Source: Parvularculaceae bacterium
GTDB lineage: Bacteria; Pseudomonadota; Alphaproteobacteria; Caulobacterales; Parvularculaceae
Assembly (NCBI GenBank): GCA_004213235.1
Contig: SHAI01000001.1
Span: 1 to 31,985, forward strand
Length of the DNA: 31,985 nucleotides
Direction of reading: 5' to 3'
A program made the translations under genes and the position numbers. Shown piece after piece: positions 18,636-27,296 of the stretch; position 1 is the first letter of the stretch, and each line of letters begins with the position of its first letter. The notes beneath the pieces are model-generated. The model saw only the letters and a list, made by a program, of their open reading frames with translations. It was not told where the DNA came from and ran no database searches.

Positions 18636-19808
18636 TCATTTCGTTAATTCAAATATCTCGCGCCCAATCAGCATACGCCGGATCTCGCTGGTACCAGCCC
18701 CAATCTCATAGAGCTTGGCGTCCCGCAACAAACGCCCGGTGGGGTATTCATTGATATAGCCATTACCGCCCAAGAGCTGGATCGCATCGAGGCAGACTTG
18801 CGTTGCTTTTTCCGCCGCGTAGAGAATGCACCCGGCAGCGTCCTGACGTGTCGTTTCCCCTCGATCGCAGGCGGCAGCAACGGCGTAAACATAGGCCTTG
18901 CACGCGTTCATCATGGTATACATGTCCGCGATCTTGCCCTGTACCAATTGGAACGTCCCGATGGCTTTCCCGAATTGATGGCGCTCATGCACATAGGGCA
19001 CAACCACATCCAGCGCCGCCTGCATAATGCCTAACGGCCCGGCTGACAGAACCGCGCGCTCATAGTCCAGGCCAGACATCAGGACACGAACCCCATTATT
19101 CAGTCCACCAATTAAGTTTTCCTCAGGCACTTCGCAGTCTTCAAACACAAGTTCGCATGTGTCGGACCCGCGCATACCAAGCTTGTCAAGCTTCTGAGCG
19201 GTTCGAAATCCCTTAAACCCCTTTTCAATCAGGAAGGCGGAAATACCGTGGCTACCGGCAGTTGGGTCGGTCTTGGCATAAACCATCAACACGTCCGCAC
19301 CAGGTCCATTTGTTATCCACATCTTGTTGCCGTTAAGCACCCAGCGATCGCCCTTTTTAACCGCTTTCAATTTCATGGATACAACATCGGACCCTGAACC
19401 CGGCTCCGACATGGCCAGAGCCCCTAAATGCTCGCCCGAGACAAGCTTCGGCAGATAACGATCCTTTTGATCTTCATTGCCGTTCAGATTGATTTGATTG
19501 ACGCACAGGTTCGAATGCGCCCCGTAGGACAAACCAATCGCCCCTGATCCGCGCGAGATTTCTTCCATCACCACGACATGGGTAAGATACCCAAGACCAA
19601 GCCCGCCATAGCGCTCGTCCGCAGTGACACCAAGGACACCGAGCTCCCCCAATTCCGGCCATAGATCGCGGGGAAATTCGTTGTTTTCGTCAATCTCGGC
19701 CGCCCGCGGCGCAAGGCGATCGTCAACCCAGCGCCCAACCGCGGCGCGCATCTCCTCAATCAAGGGATCAAGACCAAAATTCAGTCCAACACGGCTGTTT
19801 TGCAGCAT
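18636..19808 (-). CDS. ivd: Isovaleryl-CoA dehydrogenase
   Basis: [91 protein letters not shown]. Confidence 0.95.
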   Translation of the reverse strand: MLQNSRVGLNFGLDPLIEEMRAAVGRWVDDRLAPRAAEIDENNEFPRDLWPELGELGVLGVTADERYGGLGLGYLTHVVVMEEISRGSGAIGLSYGAHSNLCVNQINLNGNEDQKDRYLPKLVSGEHLGALAMSEPGSGSDVVSMKLKAVKKGDRWVLNGNKMWITNGPGADVLMVYAKTDPTAGSHGISAFLIEKGFKGFRTAQKLDKLGMRGSDTCELVFEDCEVPEENLIGGLNNGVRVLMSGLDYERAVLSAGPLGIMQAALDVVVPYVHERHQFGKAIGTFQLVQGKIADMYTMMNACKAYVYAVAAACDRGETTRQDAAGCILYAAEKATQVCLDAIQLLGGNGYINEYPTGRLLRDAKLYEIGAGTSEIRRMLIGREIFELTK

Positions 19809-19955
19809 GAGAGCGTTCTCCAATAATCGGCCCCTTGCAGGGCTTGATACGCTGGCGCAGTTTTATTGCCACCTTGGTAGAAAATAGCGCGGGCGCGGGC
19901 AAGCACCTTCATGAGCCAGCCATATCTACCAGTGGGAGTTTATCGTCGCACCGCT

Positions 19956-19973
19956 TAACGTCCCGTCACGTTA
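19956..19973. promoter_or_regulatory. Palindrome TAACGT-N6-ACGTTA upstream of ivd (candidate operator)
   Basis: taacgt cccgtc acgtta read directly, about 150 bp upstream of the ivd start. Identity of any binding protein is unknown. Confidence 0.35.
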
Positions 19974-20073
19974 CGCAGCTATGCCTCTCGCCCCCTATGC
20001 TCTTGCGCTCTTGTGCCTGTGCGCCCCGGTGGCTCTATATCGGCGCAATCCGGCACAAATGGGCCCAGCACCA

Positions 20074-20844
20074 TCAAGACCGCTGGTTCTGCGCCAGCAG
20101 GGCATCGAGTTTATCGTGAAGTAAGCAGATTTCGCCGCGCAGCACCTCGGTTTGCTGCCGCATGGCCTCATCTGCATCCTCTTCCACCACGCGAACAACA
20201 ATCGCCACGAAAAGATTGAGCATGGTAAATGTCGCAATCAACAAAAAGCAGAGGAAAAACACCCAGGCATGGGGATGCGTGGCCCCGACCGCATCAGCGA
20301 TTTCCCGCCAGCCTTCCAGCGTCATGACCGTAAAAAGCGTGTACATGGCAACGAAAACGTCCCCGAAAAGCGCCGGATGCGCGTCACCGAACATGGTCGC
20401 GGCGATAACGGAAAAGACGTAGAGGATCAGCACTAAAACAACGCCGACTGATGCAATCCCGGGTATCGATTCCAGCAAGGCGAAAACCACCACCCGCATT
20501 CGCGGGATCACCGTCACAACGCGCAACACACGTAACACCCGAAAGGCCCGAATGGCCGCCAGGCCAGAGCTTGCGGCGATAAGCGAGGTGGCGACGATGA
20601 TAAAATCGAACAGGTTCCAGCCGGTTCGAAAGAAATCGCGTGGTTCAGCGGCGAACCGTAGCGTGAGCTCGATCACAAATGCATAAACGATCAAGCGATC
20701 CACGATGCGAAGCGTATCCCCATATTCTTGCAAGATCGGATCAATCGTTTCCAATCCAAGGATGATTGCATTCAGGATGATCAGCACCAGCACGCCGGTT
20801 TGAAACACGCCGCTGTTCACAGTCCTCTTCAGGGTGGGTAGCAT
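20074..20844 (-). CDS. Bacterial voltage-gated cation channel (BacNav/ion transporter family), filter TLEGWRE
   Basis: 6 TM layout: S1 LVLIILNAIILGLET, S2 FVIELTLRF, S3 WNLFDFIIV, S4 RAFRVLRVLR (4 Arg), pore FTVMTLEGWREIA, S6 FTMLNLFVAIVV, short coiled-coil tail. Start set at ATG 20844. Confidence 0.93.
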   Translation of the reverse strand: MLPTLKRTVNSGVFQTGVLVLIILNAIILGLETIDPILQEYGDTLRIVDRLIVYAFVIELTLRFAAEPRDFFRTGWNLFDFIIVATSLIAASSGLAAIRAFRVLRVLRVVTVIPRMRVVVFALLESIPGIASVGVVLVLILYVFSVIAATMFGDAHPALFGDVFVAMYTLFTVMTLEGWREIADAVGATHPHAWVFFLCFLLIATFTMLNLFVAIVVRVVEEDADEAMRQQTEVLRGEICLLHDKLDALLAQNQRS

Positions 20845-20995
20845 GATCGAATTACTTTCCTGCAGTTTTGGTGATTTCCCCGTGACATAATAAGATTCAG
20901 TCACTTTCGCGCCTAGCCTAAATTTGTGGCCGTCAAATGTTTGGCGCACCAGCTAAAATCGGTTATGCGGAAGAATTGACAATCCCGGATTCCTG

Positions 20996-23302
20996 ATGGG
21001 CGACGTAAGTATCAATATGAACAAACCAACATCAACCGGTCCAAAGCGGCGCGTCCGATTCCAGGGAATTGTGGAGGCAGGCACCTTGCCTGGCGGCGCA
21101 GATGGTTCGGTCGATCTGAAGGTCGACCCGTTTGAGGAACCAGTTGAGCGCGCAGGCGCGACTGATTGGCGCCGCATTGGCCAGCAAGCCTCCTACGCCT
21201 CGCGGATCTCGTCAGCTTTTATTTTCACGGCAATGCTGACCTTTTGGCCAGTGTTCACCGCTATCGGTCACTTGTCAGCAACCGGGTCCCTGAGCGGGTG
21301 GAACATCATCAACGCATACCCCACCTGGGCCATCATCTTTACCCTTGTCGTGCCGGTGATGATCTACGCGCTTGGCTATATCGTGTCGCGCCAGCTGCTG
21401 ATGATGTCTGCAGCAGATCGCATCGCTGTTTCTGCAGAACGCCTTGTGCAGCCGGACCGCAATGCGGTCGTTAACGTGCAGGCCGTTGGCACGGCCGTGC
21501 GTTCCCAGATTGATGCGGTAAATGCCGGTATTGATGATGCGCTTATCCGGCTCGCCACGGTTGAAGCCATGATCCGCCAGCATGTCGAAGCGATAGAAAC
21601 CGCCGGTGCGGCGGTCGAGGGCCACGCATCTGGCTCAGCAGACCTGGTTGCCCGTGAACGGGCGCATCTGATGACCCTCACCGAACAGTTGAACGCCCAG
21701 GCAGATGATTTCGCTGTCGCAATTGCGGAAAAAGCGCAAACAAGCATCGATTCACTCAACAATGTGAATAACCTTGCAGACCAGGCTGAAGGGCGTTTGG
21801 AAGAGCGCCTTGCGCGATTGGAACACATTGCTCAACGCGCACTGTCAAGCTTCGATGCGTTGAGCGAGGCCATGCTTAAAACCGAAGATCACGTTGCCCG
21901 CGCGGCGACACCTTTAGAGCAATCAACAGGTGAAACGCAGCGCATACCGGAAAAGGCGGACAAGGTAGCAGCGCCAGGCGCGCAAGATGGCGAAGACAAG
22001 ACCGCCAAGGTCGGCCAGCTCGCAAAAACGGCCCGCAACAAAACAGAACGCGGTGTAGAGGGCGCAGTTGACTTGCCGTCGAAGGAAGACACGGCGCGCA
22101 CTGCGAACGCTGGTGGGAACGCAGGCGTGGCTCAACGCAACAGCAAAGAAGCCTCGCGGGTCACCGACGTTAGCGATCCGTCCCTCCCGGCCCGTAAAGA
22201 GACGGGCGAAACGGCACACCAAACCGCCGATGATGCCAGCATTATGCGTGAACATGCCCCGACCCCGGCTGGAACTGAAAATGCCGGCAGCAAGGATAAG
22301 GCGGGGCAAATCGGCGATCAAAATAAAGAGCTGATCGACGCCCGCGCGGCCCTGGAAAAAGAAAATTCGCGCCTTGAGGGCTTGATTAAAGAACAACGCC
22401 AACGCGCTGACCGCCTCGCCGATGCCATTTCGCAGCAAACAGACCGGCTGAGCCGACTTGCAGAGGTGCAGCTGCATGAACAGGACGCTGCCACACGCCT
22501 GATAGAGGCAGGAAACCAGCCTGTGCCTCAACCCAAAGGTATCGCCCAACATACGCCTGCAGCGCGTAATGGCGTTGCTGACGAAACCAGTGCGATAGCG
22601 AATGACACGGTGGATAATAAACCACGCACCGCCCCAACGCGTCAGCAAAACCCTGCGCGGCAAACACTGCGCGATCGCGCAGACACAGCATCGCCCAGCC
22701 ACGAGGGTGATCGAAATTCAGATGACAGGGAACGCCAGAACGTTAGCTGGCGCGAAATTCTGACCGCGACGGACGGTGCAGAGCCATTGGACTTATCCAC
22801 TGCCCAGCGCCGCAAGGCCCCGCAATCGAACGCAACAACAAACACGCCACCGCAACAATCAGCACCGCCGCCAGTGCCGCCAGTGCCGCCAGCACACACC
22901 GCGCCCCCCGTACAAACCACGCGCCGCACGCCGTCCGACCCGAAAGTTGACGCGATGACGGTCATTCACCGGCTGCAAAACTTCACGCTCAATTTAGATC
23001 GCCGCCTTTACGGGGAACTGCCAGAACATATGCTGGACCGGTTTGATGACGGCGACCGGAACGTCTTTGCCAACCGCATGCTTCGTCTCAACGAAGCCGA
23101 TGTGAAGAAGCGCATACGGATGGAATCCGCACGCGATCGTTCTTTTGAAGAAGCCATCCATGAATTTTTACACGGATTTGAGAGCCTGCTTGAGGATGCA
23201 ACAGCATCTGAGAGCGCTGACGAGGAGCTGGAACAATACCTCGCATCACCTCTCGGCCGGGTTTATCTTCTGATTGGTGCGACAGTCGGTTATTTTGCCT
23301 GA
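20996..23302 (+). CDS. TipN-like polar landmark protein (2 N-terminal TMs, long coiled coil, conserved-looking C-terminal domain)
   Basis: Two TM helices at about aa 70-130, heptad-rich helical regions, Pro/Thr linker, VSWREILTA motif and terminal YLASPLGRVYLLIGATVG, which resembles the C-terminus of Caulobacter TipN as I recall it. Confidence 0.6.
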   Translation: MGDVSINMNKPTSTGPKRRVRFQGIVEAGTLPGGADGSVDLKVDPFEEPVERAGATDWRRIGQQASYASRISSAFIFTAMLTFWPVFTAIGHLSATGSLSGWNIINAYPTWAIIFTLVVPVMIYALGYIVSRQLLMMSAADRIAVSAERLVQPDRNAVVNVQAVGTAVRSQIDAVNAGIDDALIRLATVEAMIRQHVEAIETAGAAVEGHASGSADLVARERAHLMTLTEQLNAQADDFAVAIAEKAQTSIDSLNNVNNLADQAEGRLEERLARLEHIAQRALSSFDALSEAMLKTEDHVARAATPLEQSTGETQRIPEKADKVAAPGAQDGEDKTAKVGQLAKTARNKTERGVEGAVDLPSKEDTARTANAGGNAGVAQRNSKEASRVTDVSDPSLPARKETGETAHQTADDASIMREHAPTPAGTENAGSKDKAGQIGDQNKELIDARAALEKENSRLEGLIKEQRQRADRLADAISQQTDRLSRLAEVQLHEQDAATRLIEAGNQPVPQPKGIAQHTPAARNGVADETSAIANDTVDNKPRTAPTRQQNPARQTLRDRADTASPSHEGDRNSDDRERQNVSWREILTATDGAEPLDLSTAQRRKAPQSNATTNTPPQQSAPPPVPPVPPAHTAPPVQTTRRTPSDPKVDAMTVIHRLQNFTLNLDRRLYGELPEHMLDRFDDGDRNVFANRMLRLNEADVKKRIRMESARDRSFEEAIHEFLHGFESLLEDATASESADEELEQYLASPLGRVYLLIGATVGYFA

Positions 23303-23325
23303 ACTTCGATGAACCGAATTTTGTT

Positions 23326-23445
23326 GGCCTGAGCTTCGTTGGCCTGAGCTTCGTTGGCCTGAGCTTCGTTGGCCTGAGCTTCGTTGGCCTGAGCTTCGTC
23401 GGCCTGAGCTTCGTCGGCCTGAGCTTTGAGGGCCTGAGCTTTAGT
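23326..23445. repeat. 8 x 15 bp tandem repeat (GGCCTGAGCTTCGTT and variants) between convergent genes
   Basis: Units start at 23326, 23341, 23356, 23371 (ending CGTT), 23386, 23401 (CGTC), 23416 (TGAG) and 23431 (TAGT). A degenerate in-register copy lies at 23296-23310. There are no spacers, so it is not CRISPR. Confidence 0.97.
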
Positions 23446-24082
23446 TAGCCTGCGCCCCGCCAGCCTCACCGCGATATGCCTGCTCACCCTGCTCCAGCGT
23501 CCAATCGACCAGATCAGGGAGAAGCTGGCCCATAGACCGATTGAGTGCACTCGTCACCTGATCTGCATTATCACTCTTGAGCGGTGTTTTCACTTCAAAC
23601 AGTTTCGCCGCCAGTATCCGGCCACGTCGATCGGTAAGTTGCGCAAAAATTTCTGCCCGCGCAAGCAAGGCACCGCTTGTCGCATCCGCCTCGAACGAGC
23701 GTATGTCCGTTTGCAGAATAAAATTGACAAAAGGCTGGCTAGTACGGGAACCAACGGCAAGAATGCGCCCGGAATTTTGGAATGATCGAACAGTTGCCGC
23801 ATGGACCAGACGGGGTGCGCGATCAACCCATTGACCGTCAGCATAATACTCATAGAGCTCACCGGAACGCACCCGGGCAATCTGTGCACTGTCAATTGCA
23901 CGCGTCGCAATCGGGTCCTCAATGGCAAGGGACCAGGAAACCGGCGTGCCTGCCGGCGGCGTCACATCGGCAACGTCAAAGCGCGGCACTGGCGGCGGCG
24001 CATCTGGCAACACCGACACACACGCAGAAAGGACAAGCGCAGCGCTTGCAGATGCGAAAACTTTTAATAGGCGAACGTTCAT
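23441..24082 (-). CDS. ABC-type transport auxiliary lipoprotein (PqiC-like)
   Basis: Lipobox LSAC, YYADGQWVDRAPRLV, LQTDIRSFEA; last gene of the MCE operon, overlaps mlaD by 4 nt. Confidence 0.88.
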   Translation of the reverse strand: MNVRLLKVFASASAALVLSACVSVLPDAPPPVPRFDVADVTPPAGTPVSWSLAIEDPIATRAIDSAQIARVRSGELYEYYADGQWVDRAPRLVHAATVRSFQNSGRILAVGSRTSQPFVNFILQTDIRSFEADATSGALLARAEIFAQLTDRRGRILAAKLFEVKTPLKSDNADQVTSALNRSMGQLLPDLVDWTLEQGEQAYRGEAGGAQAN

Positions 24083-24999
24083 TCTTGCCCCCCATTTACC
24101 TGCGGCGTGGACTCATTAAGAAGATACCCTCGCGGATCACGGTCTATCTCGCGCAACACTTCGTCGAGGGTGCGGAACGCCCGTCGCGCCTCGGCAAGAG
24201 TTGGTCCGACTTGCGCTAATCCGTTCTCAGAAAAAACATTGAGGGGCTCGCGATTTTCTTCGACGACAACCTGAACGTCTTTGATCAGAATTTGCAATTC
24301 TGCCATTGTCTCACGCGCTTCGGTGAGCGCGCCGGTCGCATCGCGGGCAATCAACACGTCCAAATCTTCAGCAGCCTTCGCTAATGACTCCGACGCGTCA
24401 GCGAGATTGTGAGTCAAAATTGCTGTATTGCGAATGGTCTGGCCAATTTCCTCATCATTTTCCGCCAGCGCCGCAACCGCTTTATCGATGCTTGAGAGGA
24501 TCCGGCCGAATGAATCGGTATTATCCTCCGATAAAAGTCGCAAAACCGCCTCGACGATATCGCCACTCCCCTCCAGAAACGCCGCGAAACCAGACGGCTC
24601 AGCCTGAATTTGAGGGATGCCGCGCACTTCATCTTTCAAGAGTGGTGCATTTTTGTCTGACGCGCGCAACTGGATCACGGCAAGCCCGGTAAAGCCGACA
24701 AGCTCTAATTTCGCTTTTGTGCTGGTCGTGACCGGGGTATCACTTTCGACGCGGATCCTTGCACGGACAATAGTCGGATCGTCCTCGCTAATGGTGAGAG
24801 CACCCACTTCACCTTTTTGAATGCCATTAAAGCGCACTGGTGAGCCGGAGGACAAGCCGGAAGCCCCCTCGCTGAAGATAACGTCATATTCGTCATACTC
24901 AGCGCGATTACCACCAAGCCACAGCACGAAGAAAAACGCGATGGACACGAGGATAAGTACAATGGCACCAATTATTACAAAGTGCGCGCGCGTTTCCAT
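24079..24999 (-). CDS. MCE/MlaD-family protein
   Basis: METRAHFVIIG N-terminal TM, GLSSGSPVRFNGIQKGEV, AKLELVGFTGLAVIQL, helical C-terminus ending IDRDPRGYL. Confidence 0.92.
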   Translation of the reverse strand: METRAHFVIIGAIVLILVSIAFFFVLWLGGNRAEYDEYDVIFSEGASGLSSGSPVRFNGIQKGEVGALTISEDDPTIVRARIRVESDTPVTTSTKAKLELVGFTGLAVIQLRASDKNAPLLKDEVRGIPQIQAEPSGFAAFLEGSGDIVEAVLRLLSEDNTDSFGRILSSIDKAVAALAENDEEIGQTIRNTAILTHNLADASESLAKAAEDLDVLIARDATGALTEARETMAELQILIKDVQVVVEENREPLNVFSENGLAQVGPTLAEARRAFRTLDEVLREIDRDPRGYLLNESTPQVNGGQE

Positions 25000-25065
25000 T
25001 TTAACACTTTCCCAAGCGCAGTGGTTCCCACGCTTTGTTCCTTTTTATTCACATCGTCGCGGCAC

Positions 25066-25884
25066 CTAAGCGTGCGACATCCCCGCCGCCCGGCCCCTTG
25101 GCCCGGCAAAATATTCCCGTATCCAGGCGTGATCTGCCCGCCTTACCTCCTCAAGCGGGCCGATTTCGATAACCCGATTTTCTGCAAGAACCGCGATCCG
25201 GTCGCAGTCCGCATACAGAGAATCTAAATCATGGGTTACCATAAACACGGTTAGCCCTAAGGAATTCTTGAGATTAACAATCAACTCATCAAACTGTGCA
25301 GCGCCAATCGGATCCAAGCCCGCCGTCGGTTCATCCAAGAATACGATCTCTGGATCCAAAGCTAAAGCCCTTGCAAGCCCTGCACGTTTGCGCATCCCGC
25401 CCGACAACTCAGAGGGGTATTTGGCTCCGGCGTCAGGCGGCAAACCAGCCATAGAAATCTTTAACGCCGCCATCTCCTCTGCCAGCTTGTCGGAGACGTT
25501 CAGATGCTCCCGGATTGGGGCCATAACGTTTTGCGCGACCGTCAAAGAGGAAAACAGCGCCCCACCCTGGAACAAGACACCCCAGCGTCGCTCTATAGCA
25601 AGCCGGCCAGCCTCACCCACGCGATAGAAATCCTCCCCAAAGACACGCACCGTTCCGGCAGTGGGGCGTTTCAGGCCAATAATCGCACGCATCAAAACCG
25701 ACTTCCCGGTCCCGGAGCCGCCAACAACGCCAAGGATCTCACCGCGCATCAAGTCAAGGTCAAGATCGTCATGTATCACCACGCTATCAAACTGCGTTTT
25801 CAACCCCCGAATGGAGATAATCGCCGCATCAGCGTCGAGCGCTTGATCACCGCCATTTAGCATATGTGTTCCGTGTACGGCCAT
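25066..25884 (-). CDS. ABC transporter ATP-binding protein (MlaF/Ttg2A-like)
   Basis: Walker A GGSGTGKS, LFQGGALFSSLTV, ELSGGMRKRAGLARALALDP, FLDEPTAGLDP, VTHD. Confidence 0.95.
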   Translation of the reverse strand: MAVHGTHMLNGGDQALDADAAIISIRGLKTQFDSVVIHDDLDLDLMRGEILGVVGGSGTGKSVLMRAIIGLKRPTAGTVRVFGEDFYRVGEAGRLAIERRWGVLFQGGALFSSLTVAQNVMAPIREHLNVSDKLAEEMAALKISMAGLPPDAGAKYPSELSGGMRKRAGLARALALDPEIVFLDEPTAGLDPIGAAQFDELIVNLKNSLGLTVFMVTHDLDSLYADCDRIAVLAENRVIEIGPLEEVRRADHAWIREYFAGPRGRAAGMSHA

Positions 25885-27012
25885 TTAGAAATCAATTTCC
25901 AGATAAAACATAGCGAAAAATGCATCAATAACGATGACCAAAAACAGCGACTGGACGACGGATAGCGTCGTTCTCTGGCCCAGCGATTCAGCACTTCCTT
26001 CCACCTCCATGCCCTGGAAGCACCCGACAACGGCAATAATAAAAGCAAAGAATGGTGCCTTGATGATGCCCGCCCAGAAGTTTGAAATAGTGATGCTTTC
26101 TTCCATTCGGGCCAAGAACAATACCGGGGAGACATCAAGTGCCTGGGCGGCGACAAGGCCGCCGCCGATCAGCCCAAGCATGGCCGCTAAAAATGCCAAT
26201 ATCGGCGTCATCAGAACAAGCGCTATCGTTCGCGGCAGAACGAGAACCTCGATCGGATCGAGCCCAAGTGTGCGCATTGCATCAATTTCTTCGCGGATTT
26301 TCATCGAACCGATCTGCGCGGTGAATGCGCTGCCCGATCGGCCAGCAAGCAGAATAGCTGCAAGCAAGACGCCAAATTCCCGCAATACGGAAAGTCCGAC
26401 AAGCTCAACGGTGAAGATTTCGGCGTTAAAAATTTTCAGCGTTTTCGCGCCCATATAAGCGACGACGGCACCGACAAGAAACGACACCAATCCGATGATC
26501 GGCATCGCGTCGAGGCCGGCTTCTTCCATATGATGCGCGATAGAGGTAACGCGAAGACGCTTAGGGTCGCGCGCCACGCGCGCTAAGGTTGTAACAACAA
26601 CGCCAATGAAACTCAGGATTTTAATACCGGAGATATAGGCACCGTAAGCGCCCCTACCCAACCGGTTTAGCAGTAACAAAAACGGGTCCCGCCATGGCGG
26701 TTCTACCGGGCAGGGCTGCAAATGCGGCTCAACATGTTCAATCAGGGCACGGTGCGCGCGCGAGCCACCACGAAAGTGAGAAGCGGTCGTGCGTGCGGTA
26801 CAAGCGCGCATCACCCGCTGCAACACCATTGCGCCTGCCGTATCCAGCCCGGTGAGATCATCGAGGTCAATTATGAGATCGTGGCCGACCGAATCTGCCT
26901 GAAATTTTCGCAAATCTTCGTCAATGTCGCCCAAGAACCGCGCTCGCCACTCGCCCGATACCCTTAGCCGCCAGATATCGTCGCGTGTCTCGAAAGAAAA
27001 CGCCGCGGCCAT
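25885..27012 (-). CDS. MlaE-family permease with N-terminal STAS-like domain
   Basis: LTGLDTAGAMVL (STAS-like), LREFGVLLAAILLAGRSGSAFTAQIGSMKIREEIDAMRTLGLDP, SLGQRTTLSVV. Confidence 0.94.
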   Translation of the reverse strand: MAAAFSFETRDDIWRLRVSGEWRARFLGDIDEDLRKFQADSVGHDLIIDLDDLTGLDTAGAMVLQRVMRACTARTTASHFRGGSRAHRALIEHVEPHLQPCPVEPPWRDPFLLLLNRLGRGAYGAYISGIKILSFIGVVVTTLARVARDPKRLRVTSIAHHMEEAGLDAMPIIGLVSFLVGAVVAYMGAKTLKIFNAEIFTVELVGLSVLREFGVLLAAILLAGRSGSAFTAQIGSMKIREEIDAMRTLGLDPIEVLVLPRTIALVLMTPILAFLAAMLGLIGGGLVAAQALDVSPVLFLARMEESITISNFWAGIIKAPFFAFIIAVVGCFQGMEVEGSAESLGQRTTLSVVQSLFLVIVIDAFFAMFYLEIDF

Positions 27013-27057
27013 AATAATGACCCTTTCACTTAATCAACTAAAAGAATCTTACCCGAT

Positions 27058-27073
27058 CGGCACGGGAGTTGCA
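27058..27073 (+). promoter_or_regulatory. Sigma54 (-24/-12) promoter candidate CGGCACG-GGAG-TTGCA
   Basis: Matches the consensus TGGCACG-N4-TTGCW except at position 1; GG and GC are separated by the required 10 nt; oriented toward the CHASE2 gene. Confidence 0.6.
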
Positions 27074-27296
27074 CGTGTACTTTTCAAGACAGTGTTGCAC
27101 TCTAGTCTGAAATTATGGTGAACAGACCCTAATTGGCTTGTTGGTGCGGTGCAGATGACGTCTCAGTTTGGAAACAGGTCGCGCATGTCGGGACGTGTGC
27201 ATCAAAGCTAGCGAGCGTAATGGGCAAACCTTGCTACTAGCGCCAATGGCCCCGAGATTAGATCTGCACACGAGATTGAACGGAGAGTTTGAACGG

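Noticed and set aside
23326-23445. CRISPR array interpretation of the 15 bp repeats
   Set aside because: Units are contiguous with no spacers, are too short, and there are no cas genes.
23290-23550. 86 aa ORF containing AQANE repeats as an independent gene
   Set aside because: It overlaps the pqiC-type gene's 3' end out of frame and stays open mainly because the repeat lacks stops; treated under the repeat finding instead.
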